Part shown: positions 43,558 to 52,543 of the stretch, piece by piece | How positions within the stretch are numbered: position 1 is the first letter of the stretch | How the letters are laid out: the number at the start of each line of letters is the position of its first letter | Assembly: GCA_902634555.1 (NCBI GenBank) | Contig: CACPKO010000002.1 | Location: forward strand, 1,185-65,184 | Reading direction: 5' to 3' | Source of the DNA: Actinomycetota bacterium | GTDB lineage: Bacteria; Actinomycetota; Acidimicrobiia; Acidimicrobiales; MedAcidi-G1 | DNA length: 64,000 nt | Notes under the pieces: generated by a model | Told to the model about the DNA's origin: nothing | Database searches by the model: none | The model's input: the letters and a program-made list of their open reading frames with translations, nothing else | Position numbers and translations under genes: made by a program

Positions 43558-44394
43558 ATGAGTTTTTGCACAGACTGTGGTAAAGAAAACAACACAGATG
43601 ACAAATTCTGTTATTCATGCGGAAAATCATTAGAGCAGCACCCAACTTCAACTAATCCCTCTAGTGAGCGTGCAACTTTCTCGGGAGCAGGTGCATATTC
43701 TTCAATTACCCAAGTAGACCCATATGGACGCAAGTCCGGTCCATATTCTTTAGAAAATTTAACTAAAGCAATATATGTTTTTTTAGCGCTCCAATTAATT
43801 ACGAGTTTGGGTGCAATGATTACTGCCTTTTCTTTCGGAAGCAAAATCAGTAATTACGGCTATGACTCATGGAGACAGGCGATGAGGGCTGAGGAAACCG
43901 TTCTGAATTGGGAACTTGCAAGTTTTATATTTTTACTTATCACCGGAATTTTATTTATTACCTTTATATGGCGTTCAACAAAAAATCTTATTACTGCCGG
44001 CCTAGCCACGAAACGCGGTGCAGGATGGTCTATCGGCGGATGGTTCATCCCCATTGGATTTTTATGGATCCCCTATCAAACAGTAAAAGAACTTATTGAG
44101 TTACAACCAAATATTGATGACCCTTGGGGCCCTGAAGAAATGGCTGGACGCGAGATAGCCAGAAATACAAAATGGTGGTTGATCATTTGGATTTCTGGGT
44201 TTATTACTGAGCTTCTAGGTCGAATTAGTGTTTCAATTTGGGAGACTGCCAACAATATTGACGATTTGAGCGCACATTATACTTTCCAAGGAATTGTCGG
44301 ACTAATTTGGATCTTGTTGATAGGTGGTTATTTCTTTATAACTCAAACAATTTATGAAAGACAAAAAGGCTTTAAAAGTAGAATCTCTAGTTAA
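43558..44394 (+). CDS. Zinc-ribbon + DUF4328 membrane protein
   Basis: FCTDCG...FCYSCG; GWSIGGWFIPI...PYQ..KE; four TM helices. Confidence 0.8.
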   Translation: MSFCTDCGKENNTDDKFCYSCGKSLEQHPTSTNPSSERATFSGAGAYSSITQVDPYGRKSGPYSLENLTKAIYVFLALQLITSLGAMITAFSFGSKISNYGYDSWRQAMRAEETVLNWELASFIFLLITGILFITFIWRSTKNLITAGLATKRGAGWSIGGWFIPIGFLWIPYQTVKELIELQPNIDDPWGPEEMAGREIARNTKWWLIIWISGFITELLGRISVSIWETANNIDDLSAHYTFQGIVGLIWILLIGGYFFITQTIYERQKGFKSRISS

Positions 44395-45022
44395 ACGGTA
44401 TTTGTGCTGCATGAGCGGTAACACGAATTCCATCCGGTCCACTGTCTCCAGCCAGCCAGTGGCGGCGACACCGAAGTTCATAGGCCACTTGATGATTCTC
44501 TGGATCATCAACAACTAATAACTGGCCGTCATAGACCTGTACACCATCTACAAGACGAGCATTATGTGTCGCGCGAGATCCACACCAGCATCTAGCCTCT
44601 ACCTGCACTTCTACTGATTCATCAGCAAGCTCTAAAAGACGTCGTGTCCCATCAAATAGAAGCCCTTGGAAAGAAGTCAAAAGCCCAAATGCATAAACGT
44701 CAGTATCTAACTCATCCACCACACGGGCTAGTTGATCTATCTGTTCAGTCTGATAAAACTGAGCTTCATCGCAAATAATGTAATCCAGGGAACCGTGACG
44801 TTCTTTCATTGCTAGTGCTAAATCATGAAGATCTAACCTTGGCCCTACTTCAACAGCATCAGCAGAAACTCCGAGCGCGCTGGAAACTTTCCCATCTGCC
44901 CTATCTAACTGACTACACAGAATTCCTCTCAACCCCCGGGAAGTCAAGTTGTGATGTATCTGTAAAGCAAGAGTGCTTTTGCCTGATCCCATAGTTCCGA
45001 AAGAAAAACGTAATAACGCCAT
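44387..45022 (-). CDS. tdk: Thymidine kinase
   Basis: GTMGSGKST, ICDEAQF, AFGLLTSF, RCWCG..ATHNAR; TAATG coupling to nrdJ. Confidence 0.92.
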   Translation of the reverse strand: MALLRFSFGTMGSGKSTLALQIHHNLTSRGLRGILCSQLDRADGKVSSALGVSADAVEVGPRLDLHDLALAMKERHGSLDYIICDEAQFYQTEQIDQLARVVDELDTDVYAFGLLTSFQGLLFDGTRRLLELADESVEVQVEARCWCGSRATHNARLVDGVQVYDGQLLVVDDPENHQVAYELRCRRHWLAGDSGPDGIRVTAHAAQIPFN

Positions 45023-47793
45023 TATGAACACCCGCTCGTAGCGCCACAATCAGTACACACATAGCAAGACCCGGCTCTTTGCATAGATACACCGCACTGC
45101 ATACACAATGGAGCGTCAACAGACGAACCCATCGCTAGTTGAGCTGCAAACTGAGATGCTGAAGGAACACTCGGTGGATCGGGTGGAACATCTGACCCTT
45201 GCCGCGTATCGGTTGTTGCTTCAATGACTCCCGGAAGAGTGGGTTCCGTCCGTTCACTAACGGTAAGAATATTCAATTCTGCTCGTTCTTCGTTACTGAG
45301 ATATTCAACCGCAAGTCGTCTAAACAAATAATCAATCAGACTTGAAGCAATTCGCAGCTCTGGATCGTCTGTCATTCCCGCCGGTTCAAACCGCATTCCA
45401 ATGAAAGCCTCTACATAGGCACGCAGAGGAACCCCGTATTGAAGCCCATGACTTAGCGAAATAGCAAATGCATCCATGATCCCTGCCATGGTTGACCCCT
45501 GCTTAGATACTCGAAGAAAAACTTCACCTGGTGTTCCATCTTCAAATTCACCAACAGTGACCCATCCTTTGCAATCGGCTACACGAAACTCAAACGTTCG
45601 AGATGCACGACTACGTGGAAGCTTTCTCCTTACCGGCTCCCCAAGCGAAACCCCAACTTTCTCTAACGCCTCAAGAGGATTAGCAGACTTAGAATCGTCC
45701 TTCCCTGTAGAAAGAGGTTGCCCTAACTTGCAGTTGTCTCGATAGATCGCTACCGCTTTTAGCCCCAGTTTCCAAGACTCCATGTATAACTCTTCTACAT
45801 CATCTACGGACACATCTTCCGGCATATTGCAGGTCTTCGAGATCGCTCCTGATAAAAATGGTTGCACCGCCCCCATCATGCGAACATGACCGAGGTGATG
45901 AATACTGTTATCTCCCATAGAGGTCGCAAACACAGGGTAGTGATCCTCATCTAAACCAGGGCTTCCAATAACTGTTTGATTTTCGTTGATGTATTCAACA
46001 ATTGCTTCTGACTCTTCAGAAGAATGGCCAAAATTCCTAAGGGCTCGGGGAATGGTTTGATTAACGATTGACATCGTTCCACCACCAACAAGACGTTTCA
46101 TTTTCACGAGACTGAAGTCCGGCTCTATACCAGTAGTGTCACAATCCATTAATAAACCGATAGTGCCAGTAGGTGCTAAAACTGTCGCTTGGCTATTCCT
46201 TACTCCCACTCGTTGCGCCAATCCGCAAGCTTCATACCAAGCTTCACGTCCAGCTTCACCAATTTCGTTCGCTGATGAAGTATCAAGCAATTCTGCCGCT
46301 TCCCGATGTTGATCTAAAACTCTAAGCATGGGTTCGCGGTTAGTTTCAAATCCTTCAAATGGTCCGAGACGGTCAGCGAGACGGGTTGACGTTCTGTACG
46401 CGTGTCCGGTCATAAGTGACGTTAAAGCAGCAGAGATTTCTCGCCCTTCATCACTGTCATAGGGAAGGCCTATTGCCATTAGTAAGGCCCCAAGGTTTGC
46501 ATACCCCATACCGAGTTGACGGAATGCTCGAGTTGTTTCGCCAATGGCTTCAGTTGGGTAGTCGGCGTTTGAAACAAGGATGTCTTGAGCTGTGAAGATG
46601 ATTTCTATTGCATGGCAGAAGCCTTCTACATCAAAGGCATCAATTCCAGATTCATCTTTTGAGTCAAGGAAAGTCAACAAGTTGAGGCTGGCAAGATTGC
46701 ATGCGGAGTTATCTAGGTGTACATACTCACTGCAAGGATTACTCGCGGTAATGGGGCCAGTATTTGAAGCGGTGTGCCAGTGATTGATCGTGGTATCAAA
46801 CTGCAATCCTGGGTCAGCACATTCCCAAGCGGCTTGAGACATTTGTTGAAAAAGGTCACGCGCCTTTACCGTCTTCAGGACAGATCCATCTGTCCTTGCG
46901 GTCAAATCCCAATCAGCATCTGCGACCACTGCTTCCATAAACTCATCAGTCACTCTTACAGAGTTATTAGCATTTTGGAATTGAACAGAATGAATGTCAG
47001 CACCATTTAAGCTCATATCGAATCCAGCATTTTCAAGTGCCTTCATCTTTTTTTCTTCTAATGCCTTGCACCAAATAAACTCTTCTACATCTGGATGATC
47101 TGCATCAAGAATCACCATTTTTGCTGCTCGTCTAGTTTTTCCCCCGCTTTTTATTGTTCCTGCTGAAGCATCTGCGCCTCTCATGAAACTCACAGGGCCA
47201 CTAGCGTCTCCTCCACCTTTCAACTTTTCTAGTGAAGAACGAATCCGGCTGAGGTTAACTCCTGAGCCAGACCCTCCTTTAAATATGGTTCCCTCTTCTA
47301 CATACCAATTAAGTATTGAACTCATCTCATCTTCTACGGAAAGAATGAAGCATGCTGAAGCTTGCTGAGGAACTCCTTGAACTCCAATGTTAAACCAGAC
47401 TGGAGAATTGAAAGCTGCTCGTTGGTGAATAATAAGGAATTTCAATTCGTCGGAAAAAGCATCGGCTTCTGTTTGATCTTCAAAATATCCCTGATCCATA
47501 CCCCACGCTGTGATTGTGTCAGCAACTCGGTCTGCGACTTGTTTGAGAGAGAATTCTCTTTCTTCTGTATTAAGAGTTCCTCTAAAATATTTCTGAGCCA
47601 AAATATTGGTCGCATTTACTGACCATGATGCTGGGACTTCTATGTCGGTTTGCTCGAATGCTACTGATCCGTCTCGGTGATCAATCAGGCGCGCATCTCG
47701 ACGTTCCCAATTAGTAGTTTCGTATGGAGATTCTCCCTCTTGGGTGAAGTATCTTCTAAATCCTAGAACTCCACGGTTTGTTCTTAGTTCCAT
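45022..47793 (-). CDS. nrdJ: Adenosylcobalamin-dependent (class II) ribonucleotide reductase
   Basis: FNSPVWFN, SACFI, SGGKTRRAAKM, ASNPCSEY, ACNLAS, APTGTIG, C-terminal CxxC...CxxC.SGCS. Confidence 0.95.
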   Translation of the reverse strand: MELRTNRGVLGFRRYFTQEGESPYETTNWERRDARLIDHRDGSVAFEQTDIEVPASWSVNATNILAQKYFRGTLNTEEREFSLKQVADRVADTITAWGMDQGYFEDQTEADAFSDELKFLIIHQRAAFNSPVWFNIGVQGVPQQASACFILSVEDEMSSILNWYVEEGTIFKGGSGSGVNLSRIRSSLEKLKGGGDASGPVSFMRGADASAGTIKSGGKTRRAAKMVILDADHPDVEEFIWCKALEEKKMKALENAGFDMSLNGADIHSVQFQNANNSVRVTDEFMEAVVADADWDLTARTDGSVLKTVKARDLFQQMSQAAWECADPGLQFDTTINHWHTASNTGPITASNPCSEYVHLDNSACNLASLNLLTFLDSKDESGIDAFDVEGFCHAIEIIFTAQDILVSNADYPTEAIGETTRAFRQLGMGYANLGALLMAIGLPYDSDEGREISAALTSLMTGHAYRTSTRLADRLGPFEGFETNREPMLRVLDQHREAAELLDTSSANEIGEAGREAWYEACGLAQRVGVRNSQATVLAPTGTIGLLMDCDTTGIEPDFSLVKMKRLVGGGTMSIVNQTIPRALRNFGHSSEESEAIVEYINENQTVIGSPGLDEDHYPVFATSMGDNSIHHLGHVRMMGAVQPFLSGAISKTCNMPEDVSVDDVEELYMESWKLGLKAVAIYRDNCKLGQPLSTGKDDSKSANPLEALEKVGVSLGEPVRRKLPRSRASRTFEFRVADCKGWVTVGEFEDGTPGEVFLRVSKQGSTMAGIMDAFAISLSHGLQYGVPLRAYVEAFIGMRFEPAGMTDDPELRIASSLIDYLFRRLAVEYLSNEERAELNILTVSERTEPTLPGVIEATTDTRQGSDVPPDPPSVPSASQFAAQLAMGSSVDAPLCMQCGVSMQRAGSCYVCTDCGATSGCS

Positions 47794-47904
47794 TTTTTAG
47801 TCTTCCTTTTCTGATGAGAACTGTTCTATTTTCTGTTGAAGATTGCTCTTTATGTGTCGTGGGTTTTTCATCTTAAATCTTTCAAGTCTTCTTTTGTGGG
47901 AGCC

Positions 47905-48063
47905 AAAAAAATGAATCACAATCAGCGACGAAAGACCCAGGTCAAAGACCGTACGTAAGGCTCCGTTTGGGGCCCTGTTCCGAGCCTTAACGCCAACAAA
48001 CCAAATTTGATATCTCAACGCGTCATGCCGGAATCTTCCGTCACTGATTGTGAGACTCACTTT
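47905..48063 (-). ncRNA. Candidate structured non-coding RNA (rod-like, 6S-like or nrdJ leader)
   Basis: 20-bp closing helix (48034-48053 with 47916-47935) whose two deviations are both G-U on the minus strand; 8-bp apical stem; 3' U7 tract. Confidence 0.55.
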
Positions 48064-48152
48064 ACGAGAACTTTCTTGTGGATCGAAATAGGAAAATGTT
48101 GTGGAAATCGTAAGGAGTTCTCCACAGGCATTAAGCCTGTACGGTTTGAGTA

Positions 48153-48899
48153 ATGAAACGTATATTTCCATCTGAAATGAATCTGGATCCCATTGACTTT
48201 TATGACCAGATCAGGACTCCCCATATTGATCGGCCTTGGCTTCTGCTCAACATGATCACTTCTATTGATGGTTCTACACATATCTCGGGAACCTCTGGTG
48301 GCCTAGGAGGACCGGCGGACCAGAAAGTCTTGGGCACCTTGCGTTCATTTGCTGACGTAATTCTGGTAGGAAGCGGCACTGTACATGCTGAAAATTACAG
48401 AACTCCTCATGCTCCTGGTGGCGAATCTGGAAAACGGCGAATTGAGCGTGAACAGGACCAACTTCCACGACTAGCAGTAGTTTCTGGATCAGGGAATCTA
48501 GACCCAGAAATCCCGATGTTTGATCAAGACGAGTTAGAAGGCGCAAAGCCTTTGATTTACACATCAAAAAATGGGAACAAAAATTTACCAGAGAATTTTG
48601 GAGAAAAAGCAGAAATAGTGACACTGGGCGCGGGGCCAGTGGACCTGTCTTTTGTCTTAACAGATTTATTTGACCGCGGAGCAAAGGTAGTGCTTGCAGA
48701 AGGAGGACCTTCACTGAATCATCAACTAGTTGAAGCGAAGTTAGTTGACGAGCTTTGTTTAACAATTTCACCTCTTTTGGTAGGAGGAGAAAGTTCTGGC
48801 ATCATCAATGGCCCTCTTTTTTCGTATCCTCATCAATTTCAATTAAATGGCTTAGCAACAGAAGACAAGTTTTTGTTCTGTCGGTATCTCTCTAAATAG
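48153..48899 (+). CDS. RibD C-terminal / dihydrofolate reductase-like protein
   Basis: NMITSIDG, LRSFADVILVGSGT, LAEGGP, LVDELCLTISP. Confidence 0.88.
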   Translation: MKRIFPSEMNLDPIDFYDQIRTPHIDRPWLLLNMITSIDGSTHISGTSGGLGGPADQKVLGTLRSFADVILVGSGTVHAENYRTPHAPGGESGKRRIEREQDQLPRLAVVSGSGNLDPEIPMFDQDELEGAKPLIYTSKNGNKNLPENFGEKAEIVTLGAGPVDLSFVLTDLFDRGAKVVLAEGGPSLNHQLVEAKLVDELCLTISPLLVGGESSGIINGPLFSYPHQFQLNGLATEDKFLFCRYLSK

Positions 48900-48968
48900 G
48901 ACTCAACTATTTAATTTGAATCTTCTCAATCTGGATTTTCTAAGTCCGACTGACATACTGTATTTTTT

Positions 48969-49220
48969 CTATTTCCATGGAATGTCTTCGGTCTCTGCTG
49001 CGTAGACACTAATTTCACTCGTTACTCCTAAACTTGGCGATTCGGACCTATCTATTATGTCGCTAAGGAATTCTCCGCCTAAGAAGGAAACAATGAAAAC
49101 AGTTACAGCAAGAAGAGCTGAAACACCGATTCTGCGTCGTCGATAGACCTGAGCTGGAACTAACAGAGAAGCTGTAGCTGGATTAGTTTGTGAAACTGAA
49201 ATATGTGTTGCTGCCGTCAT
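48969..49220 (-). CDS. LexA-divergent small membrane protein (YneA/ChiZ-like, no LysM domain)
   Basis: ATG 49220 after AAGGA; VYRRRR followed by one TM helix; divergent from lexA across the SOS boxes. Confidence 0.6.
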   Translation of the reverse strand: MTAATHISVSQTNPATASLLVPAQVYRRRRIGVSALLAVTVFIVSFLGGEFLSDIIDRSESPSLGVTSEISVYAAETEDIPWK

Positions 49221-49320
49221 AGCTACATCCTTTCTTATAGGTGTGACATTTCTTGCTGCGCATAAAAATGCGAGACAAATTTCTCTGAAAACCAAAAAGT
49301 TTGAAAGAAATGCTTGACAT

Positions 49321-49397
49321 GAAACATTTGTTCGGCAAACATATGTACGGGGAACAGGTGTTCGTTCATACAGTACATAATACCGAACATACGTTCG
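49321..49397. promoter_or_regulatory. Cluster of LexA (SOS) boxes
   Basis: GAAACATTTGTTCG (49321), CAAACATATGTACG (49336), GGAACAGGTGTTCG (49351) and the perfect CGAACATACGTTCG (49384). Confidence 0.85.
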
Positions 49398-49430
49398 ATT
49401 ACAACATTTATTTAATTTTTGGTGGCAAAT

Positions 49431-50069
49431 ATGGAAAAAAACCTCACAAACAGACAACAACAGATTCTTGATTTCATCGATTTAACGATTAGAGATCGGG
49501 GTTACCCTCCTTCAGTTCGTGAAATTGGCGAAGCTGTTGGTCTAACTTCTCCTTCTACTGTTCATTCCCACATGTCCACGCTTCAAGACAAGGGATACAT
49601 TGAGCGAGATCCATCAATACCTCGTGGGATAAAGGTTCGACGCGATCCAGCGACCGGCCTTACTGGAGAACGAGGAGAGGTGCGGTACATACCTTTAGTA
49701 GGCCAAATCGCAGCTGGTGGACCCATACTCGCTCAAGAAAATAGTGAAGAATCTCTACCGCTCCCTACTGCCCTTACAGGTAATGGCGAACTTTTTATGG
49801 TGACGGTAAAAGGTGACTCAATGATTGAAGCGGGGATTTTTGATGGAGATTATGTTGTTGTACAGTCTCAGGCTGACGCTAATCCTGGAGATTTGGTCGT
49901 AGCGACTCTCACAAACGAGTTTGATTATGAAGCCACTGTGAAATACTTTCGGCAAGAAGATAGTGAAATTGTCTTAACTCCCGCCAATCCTTCTTTTTCT
50001 GAAATGCGCTATCCCGCTACAGATGTGATCGTCCAAGGACGTGTGGTGACAGTGCTTAGGAAAATTTAA
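49431..50069 (+). CDS. lexA: SOS repressor LexA
   Basis: GYPPSVREIG..VGLTSPSTVH, cleavage site IAAG, catalytic Ser GDSM and Lys ATVK. Confidence 0.96.
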   Translation: MEKNLTNRQQQILDFIDLTIRDRGYPPSVREIGEAVGLTSPSTVHSHMSTLQDKGYIERDPSIPRGIKVRRDPATGLTGERGEVRYIPLVGQIAAGGPILAQENSEESLPLPTALTGNGELFMVTVKGDSMIEAGIFDGDYVVVQSQADANPGDLVVATLTNEFDYEATVKYFRQEDSEIVLTPANPSFSEMRYPATDVIVQGRVVTVLRKI

Positions 50070-50604
50070 GTTCGTATTCCTCGCGCTCTAAAATCCAAAT
50101 ACCATGAGGTTCATCCGGGTAATGGGATAAATTTCGAGTTTCATTTAATACGAAACCCAATCTTTTAGCCACTGCTTGTGATCGATAATTGTCCGTCAAT
50201 ATCGTGCTGAATAGTTGCTCCTGTCCAAGTTCTTGAAATCCGTACCTGACTGCTTCTTCACCTGCTTCAGTCGCATATCCAAAACCCCAGTAGTCCGGAT
50301 GAAGAGTCCACCCAACTTCTACCCCCGGCCAGTCGTGACGTTCAGGATTATGCAACCCTGCTCGCCCTACAAAATTTCCTGTACTTTTCTCATCAAGAGC
50401 CCATAATCCTGTACCACGCAACTCCCACTGACCGGTAAAAGCAGCAAGACCAAACCATGCTTCAGCTCTCCCCGCCTCTTTCGAAATCCTCAAAGATTTT
50501 CTAACCTCTGGACTGTCCATCATGGATAAATAGTCTTCAAAATCTGCGTCAGTAAAAGGTCGAAGAATCAATCTTTCCGTCTCAAGAGTTGGGCAAACCG
50601 TCAC
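50056..50604 (-). CDS. GNAT N-acetyltransferase (RimJ/RimL type)
   Basis: LETERLILRPF, EVGW.L...WGFGYATEA, N.RS..VAKRLGF. Confidence 0.88.
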   Translation of the reverse strand: MTVCPTLETERLILRPFTDADFEDYLSMMDSPEVRKSLRISKEAGRAEAWFGLAAFTGQWELRGTGLWALDEKSTGNFVGRAGLHNPERHDWPGVEVGWTLHPDYWGFGYATEAGEEAVRYGFQELGQEQLFSTILTDNYRSQAVAKRLGFVLNETRNLSHYPDEPHGIWILEREEYELKFS

Positions 50605-50617
50605 AGTTGTTTCGCCT

Positions 50618-51667
50618 TCATGAAAGCAAGTCTGATAGTGCTTTAAACGTTTCTTCTATAGGTCCCCTGTTCACATTTTCGTTTTCTGTGTGCGCAAGAG
50701 TCGGATCACCGGGTCCAAAATTTACGGCAGGAATTCCACGTTCGGCGAAAAAAGCTACGTCAGTCCAACCAAGTTTCGCTTTGACCGTGAGCTCATTGCT
50801 CTCAATCAACGAAGAGATGAGTGGATGGTCTAAACCTGGTGCTGCTGCCGGCGCATGATCAACTAACGTTATTAGATCCCCTTCCTTTAGGTACGGGGCT
50901 AAAAACTCCTTAACATGACTCTCTGCCTCATCGCCATTTCGGTCAGGCGCATACCGGTGATTAATCAACAAAACTGCTTCATCTGGCACAACATTTCCTG
51001 CTATACCTCCGGAAACGTTTACGACTTGAAGAGCTTCACGATATTTACAACCATTAATTTCTGGCTCTCTATGTTCATATTGGCCGATAGCGGAAAGGAG
51101 AGGGCCGGTGCGGTGAATAGCGTTTACTCCCATCCAAGGTCTTGCTGTATGAGCCCTTGCTCCTCTTAGTCGCACTTCAAAACGCATCGTGCCTTGGCAA
51201 CCTGCTTCAATCATTGCGTTCGTCGGTTCACCAAGTACTGCGGCGTCGGCTTTAAGTAACTCGTTTGCTTCTGCAAAGAGGTGACGTAAGCCATTACGGT
51301 CACTTGCTACTTCTTCGCAGACGTAGAAAACCCAAGTGATGTCTATTTTTGGATCGCTGACGGTTCGAGCCAGTTCCAGCATGACTGCAATCCCACTTTT
51401 CATATCAGCACTTCCAAGCCCCCACAAAGTATCTCCATCTATGCGTGACCCCTGGGTTCCTGGAACTGTGTCGGTATGTCCCGCGAGAAGTATCCGTTGA
51501 GCGTGCCCCAAGTTGGTACGCGCAACAAGATTGTCTCCTATTCGTTCAACTTGAAGTCCCGAGATCTGACGTAATTCTGATTCGATATAGTCAGCTATCG
51601 CCTTCTCGTCTGAACTAACTGAAGGAATATCTACTAATTCTGCAGTAAGAGATAATAAGTCTGACAT
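50618..51667 (-). CDS. dapE: Succinyl-diaminopimelate desuccinylase
   Basis: GHTDTV, GSADMKSG, CEE, GEPT, AHTARPW, GWTD, AHT; dap gene context. Confidence 0.9.
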   Translation of the reverse strand: MSDLLSLTAELVDIPSVSSDEKAIADYIESELRQISGLQVERIGDNLVARTNLGHAQRILLAGHTDTVPGTQGSRIDGDTLWGLGSADMKSGIAVMLELARTVSDPKIDITWVFYVCEEVASDRNGLRHLFAEANELLKADAAVLGEPTNAMIEAGCQGTMRFEVRLRGARAHTARPWMGVNAIHRTGPLLSAIGQYEHREPEINGCKYREALQVVNVSGGIAGNVVPDEAVLLINHRYAPDRNGDEAESHVKEFLAPYLKEGDLITLVDHAPAAAPGLDHPLISSLIESNELTVKAKLGWTDVAFFAERGIPAVNFGPGDPTLAHTENENVNRGPIEETFKALSDLLS

Positions 51668-51674
51668 AAAAGCT

Positions 51675-52496
51675 TTAAGTAGTAACGCCGTGGGTTCGTA
51701 GAACTTCATTTAATGCTGACTTATCGTGGCGTTCGCCTTCTGATAAATGCTTCACAATAAGCACACACGGTAAGCCGAACTCCCCTCCAGGGAATTCTCT
51801 TGGCCGGGAAGCTTGTACTGCTACGCACCATGATGGTATTTCTCCTCGGCTAACTTCTTCTCCAGTTTCAGCGTCTATCACAGGAATGGAAGCTGTTAGA
51901 ACTGCTCCAGCTCCAAGTACCACTCCATCACCTACGCGTGCTCCTTCAGCAACAATGCATCTACTACCTATCAAGCATTCGTCTCCTACGACAACGGGGG
52001 TGGCATTTGGAGGTTCAAGCACACCTCCGATACCTACGCCTCCAGAAAGATGAACGTTTCGCCCAATTTGAGCACATGATCCTACAGTGGCCCATGTATC
52101 TACCATGGTGTTCTCTCCCACCCAAGCACCTATATTGACGAAGCTTGGCATCATGATTACACCGGGAGCCAAGTAACTTCCCCAACGAGCTAAAGCTCCA
52201 GGAACTACCCGAACTCCGCTATTTTGATAATTCTTTTTAAGGGGAATCTTGTCAGCAAATTCAAACGGCTTTGCTTCAATTGTGCTCATTTGTGATTGCT
52301 TGAATAAAAGAAGGATGGCGAGCTTTAACCACTCATTCACAATGACTCCATCTGAACTTGGTTCAGCGACTCGAACCTTTCCTTGATCAAGCAACTCGAT
52401 CGCTTCGTTGATAACCGCATTGGCATCAGCATCTTCTGGGTTTAAAGTTTCTCTCTGGTCCCAGAGTTCTTCAATCTGGTTTTGAATATCTGACAT
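51675..52496 (-). CDS. dapD: Tetrahydrodipicolinate N-succinyltransferase
   Basis: DKIPLK, RVVP, MPSFVNIGA, MVDTWATVGSCAQIG, GVLEP. Confidence 0.95.
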   Translation of the reverse strand: MSDIQNQIEELWDQRETLNPEDADANAVINEAIELLDQGKVRVAEPSSDGVIVNEWLKLAILLLFKQSQMSTIEAKPFEFADKIPLKKNYQNSGVRVVPGALARWGSYLAPGVIMMPSFVNIGAWVGENTMVDTWATVGSCAQIGRNVHLSGGVGIGGVLEPPNATPVVVGDECLIGSRCIVAEGARVGDGVVLGAGAVLTASIPVIDAETGEEVSRGEIPSWCVAVQASRPREFPGGEFGLPCVLIVKHLSEGERHDKSALNEVLRTHGVTT

Positions 52497-52543
52497 ATTG
52501 TGAGACTACCTTCCTGACGTCCCGAGAGTGAACACAATTATTT

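Noticed and set aside
48060-48130. NrdR boxes or cobalamin riboswitch for nrdJ
   Set aside because: TCCACA-containing stretches match only half of the NrdR palindrome; no B12-box (GCCACTG / AGYCAG) pattern is visible.
47797-48171. 124-aa ORF upstream of nrdJ
   Set aside because: No recognisable motif (e.g. no NrdR Zn-ribbon or ATP-cone), overlaps the divergent gene start, and coincides with the RNA structure.
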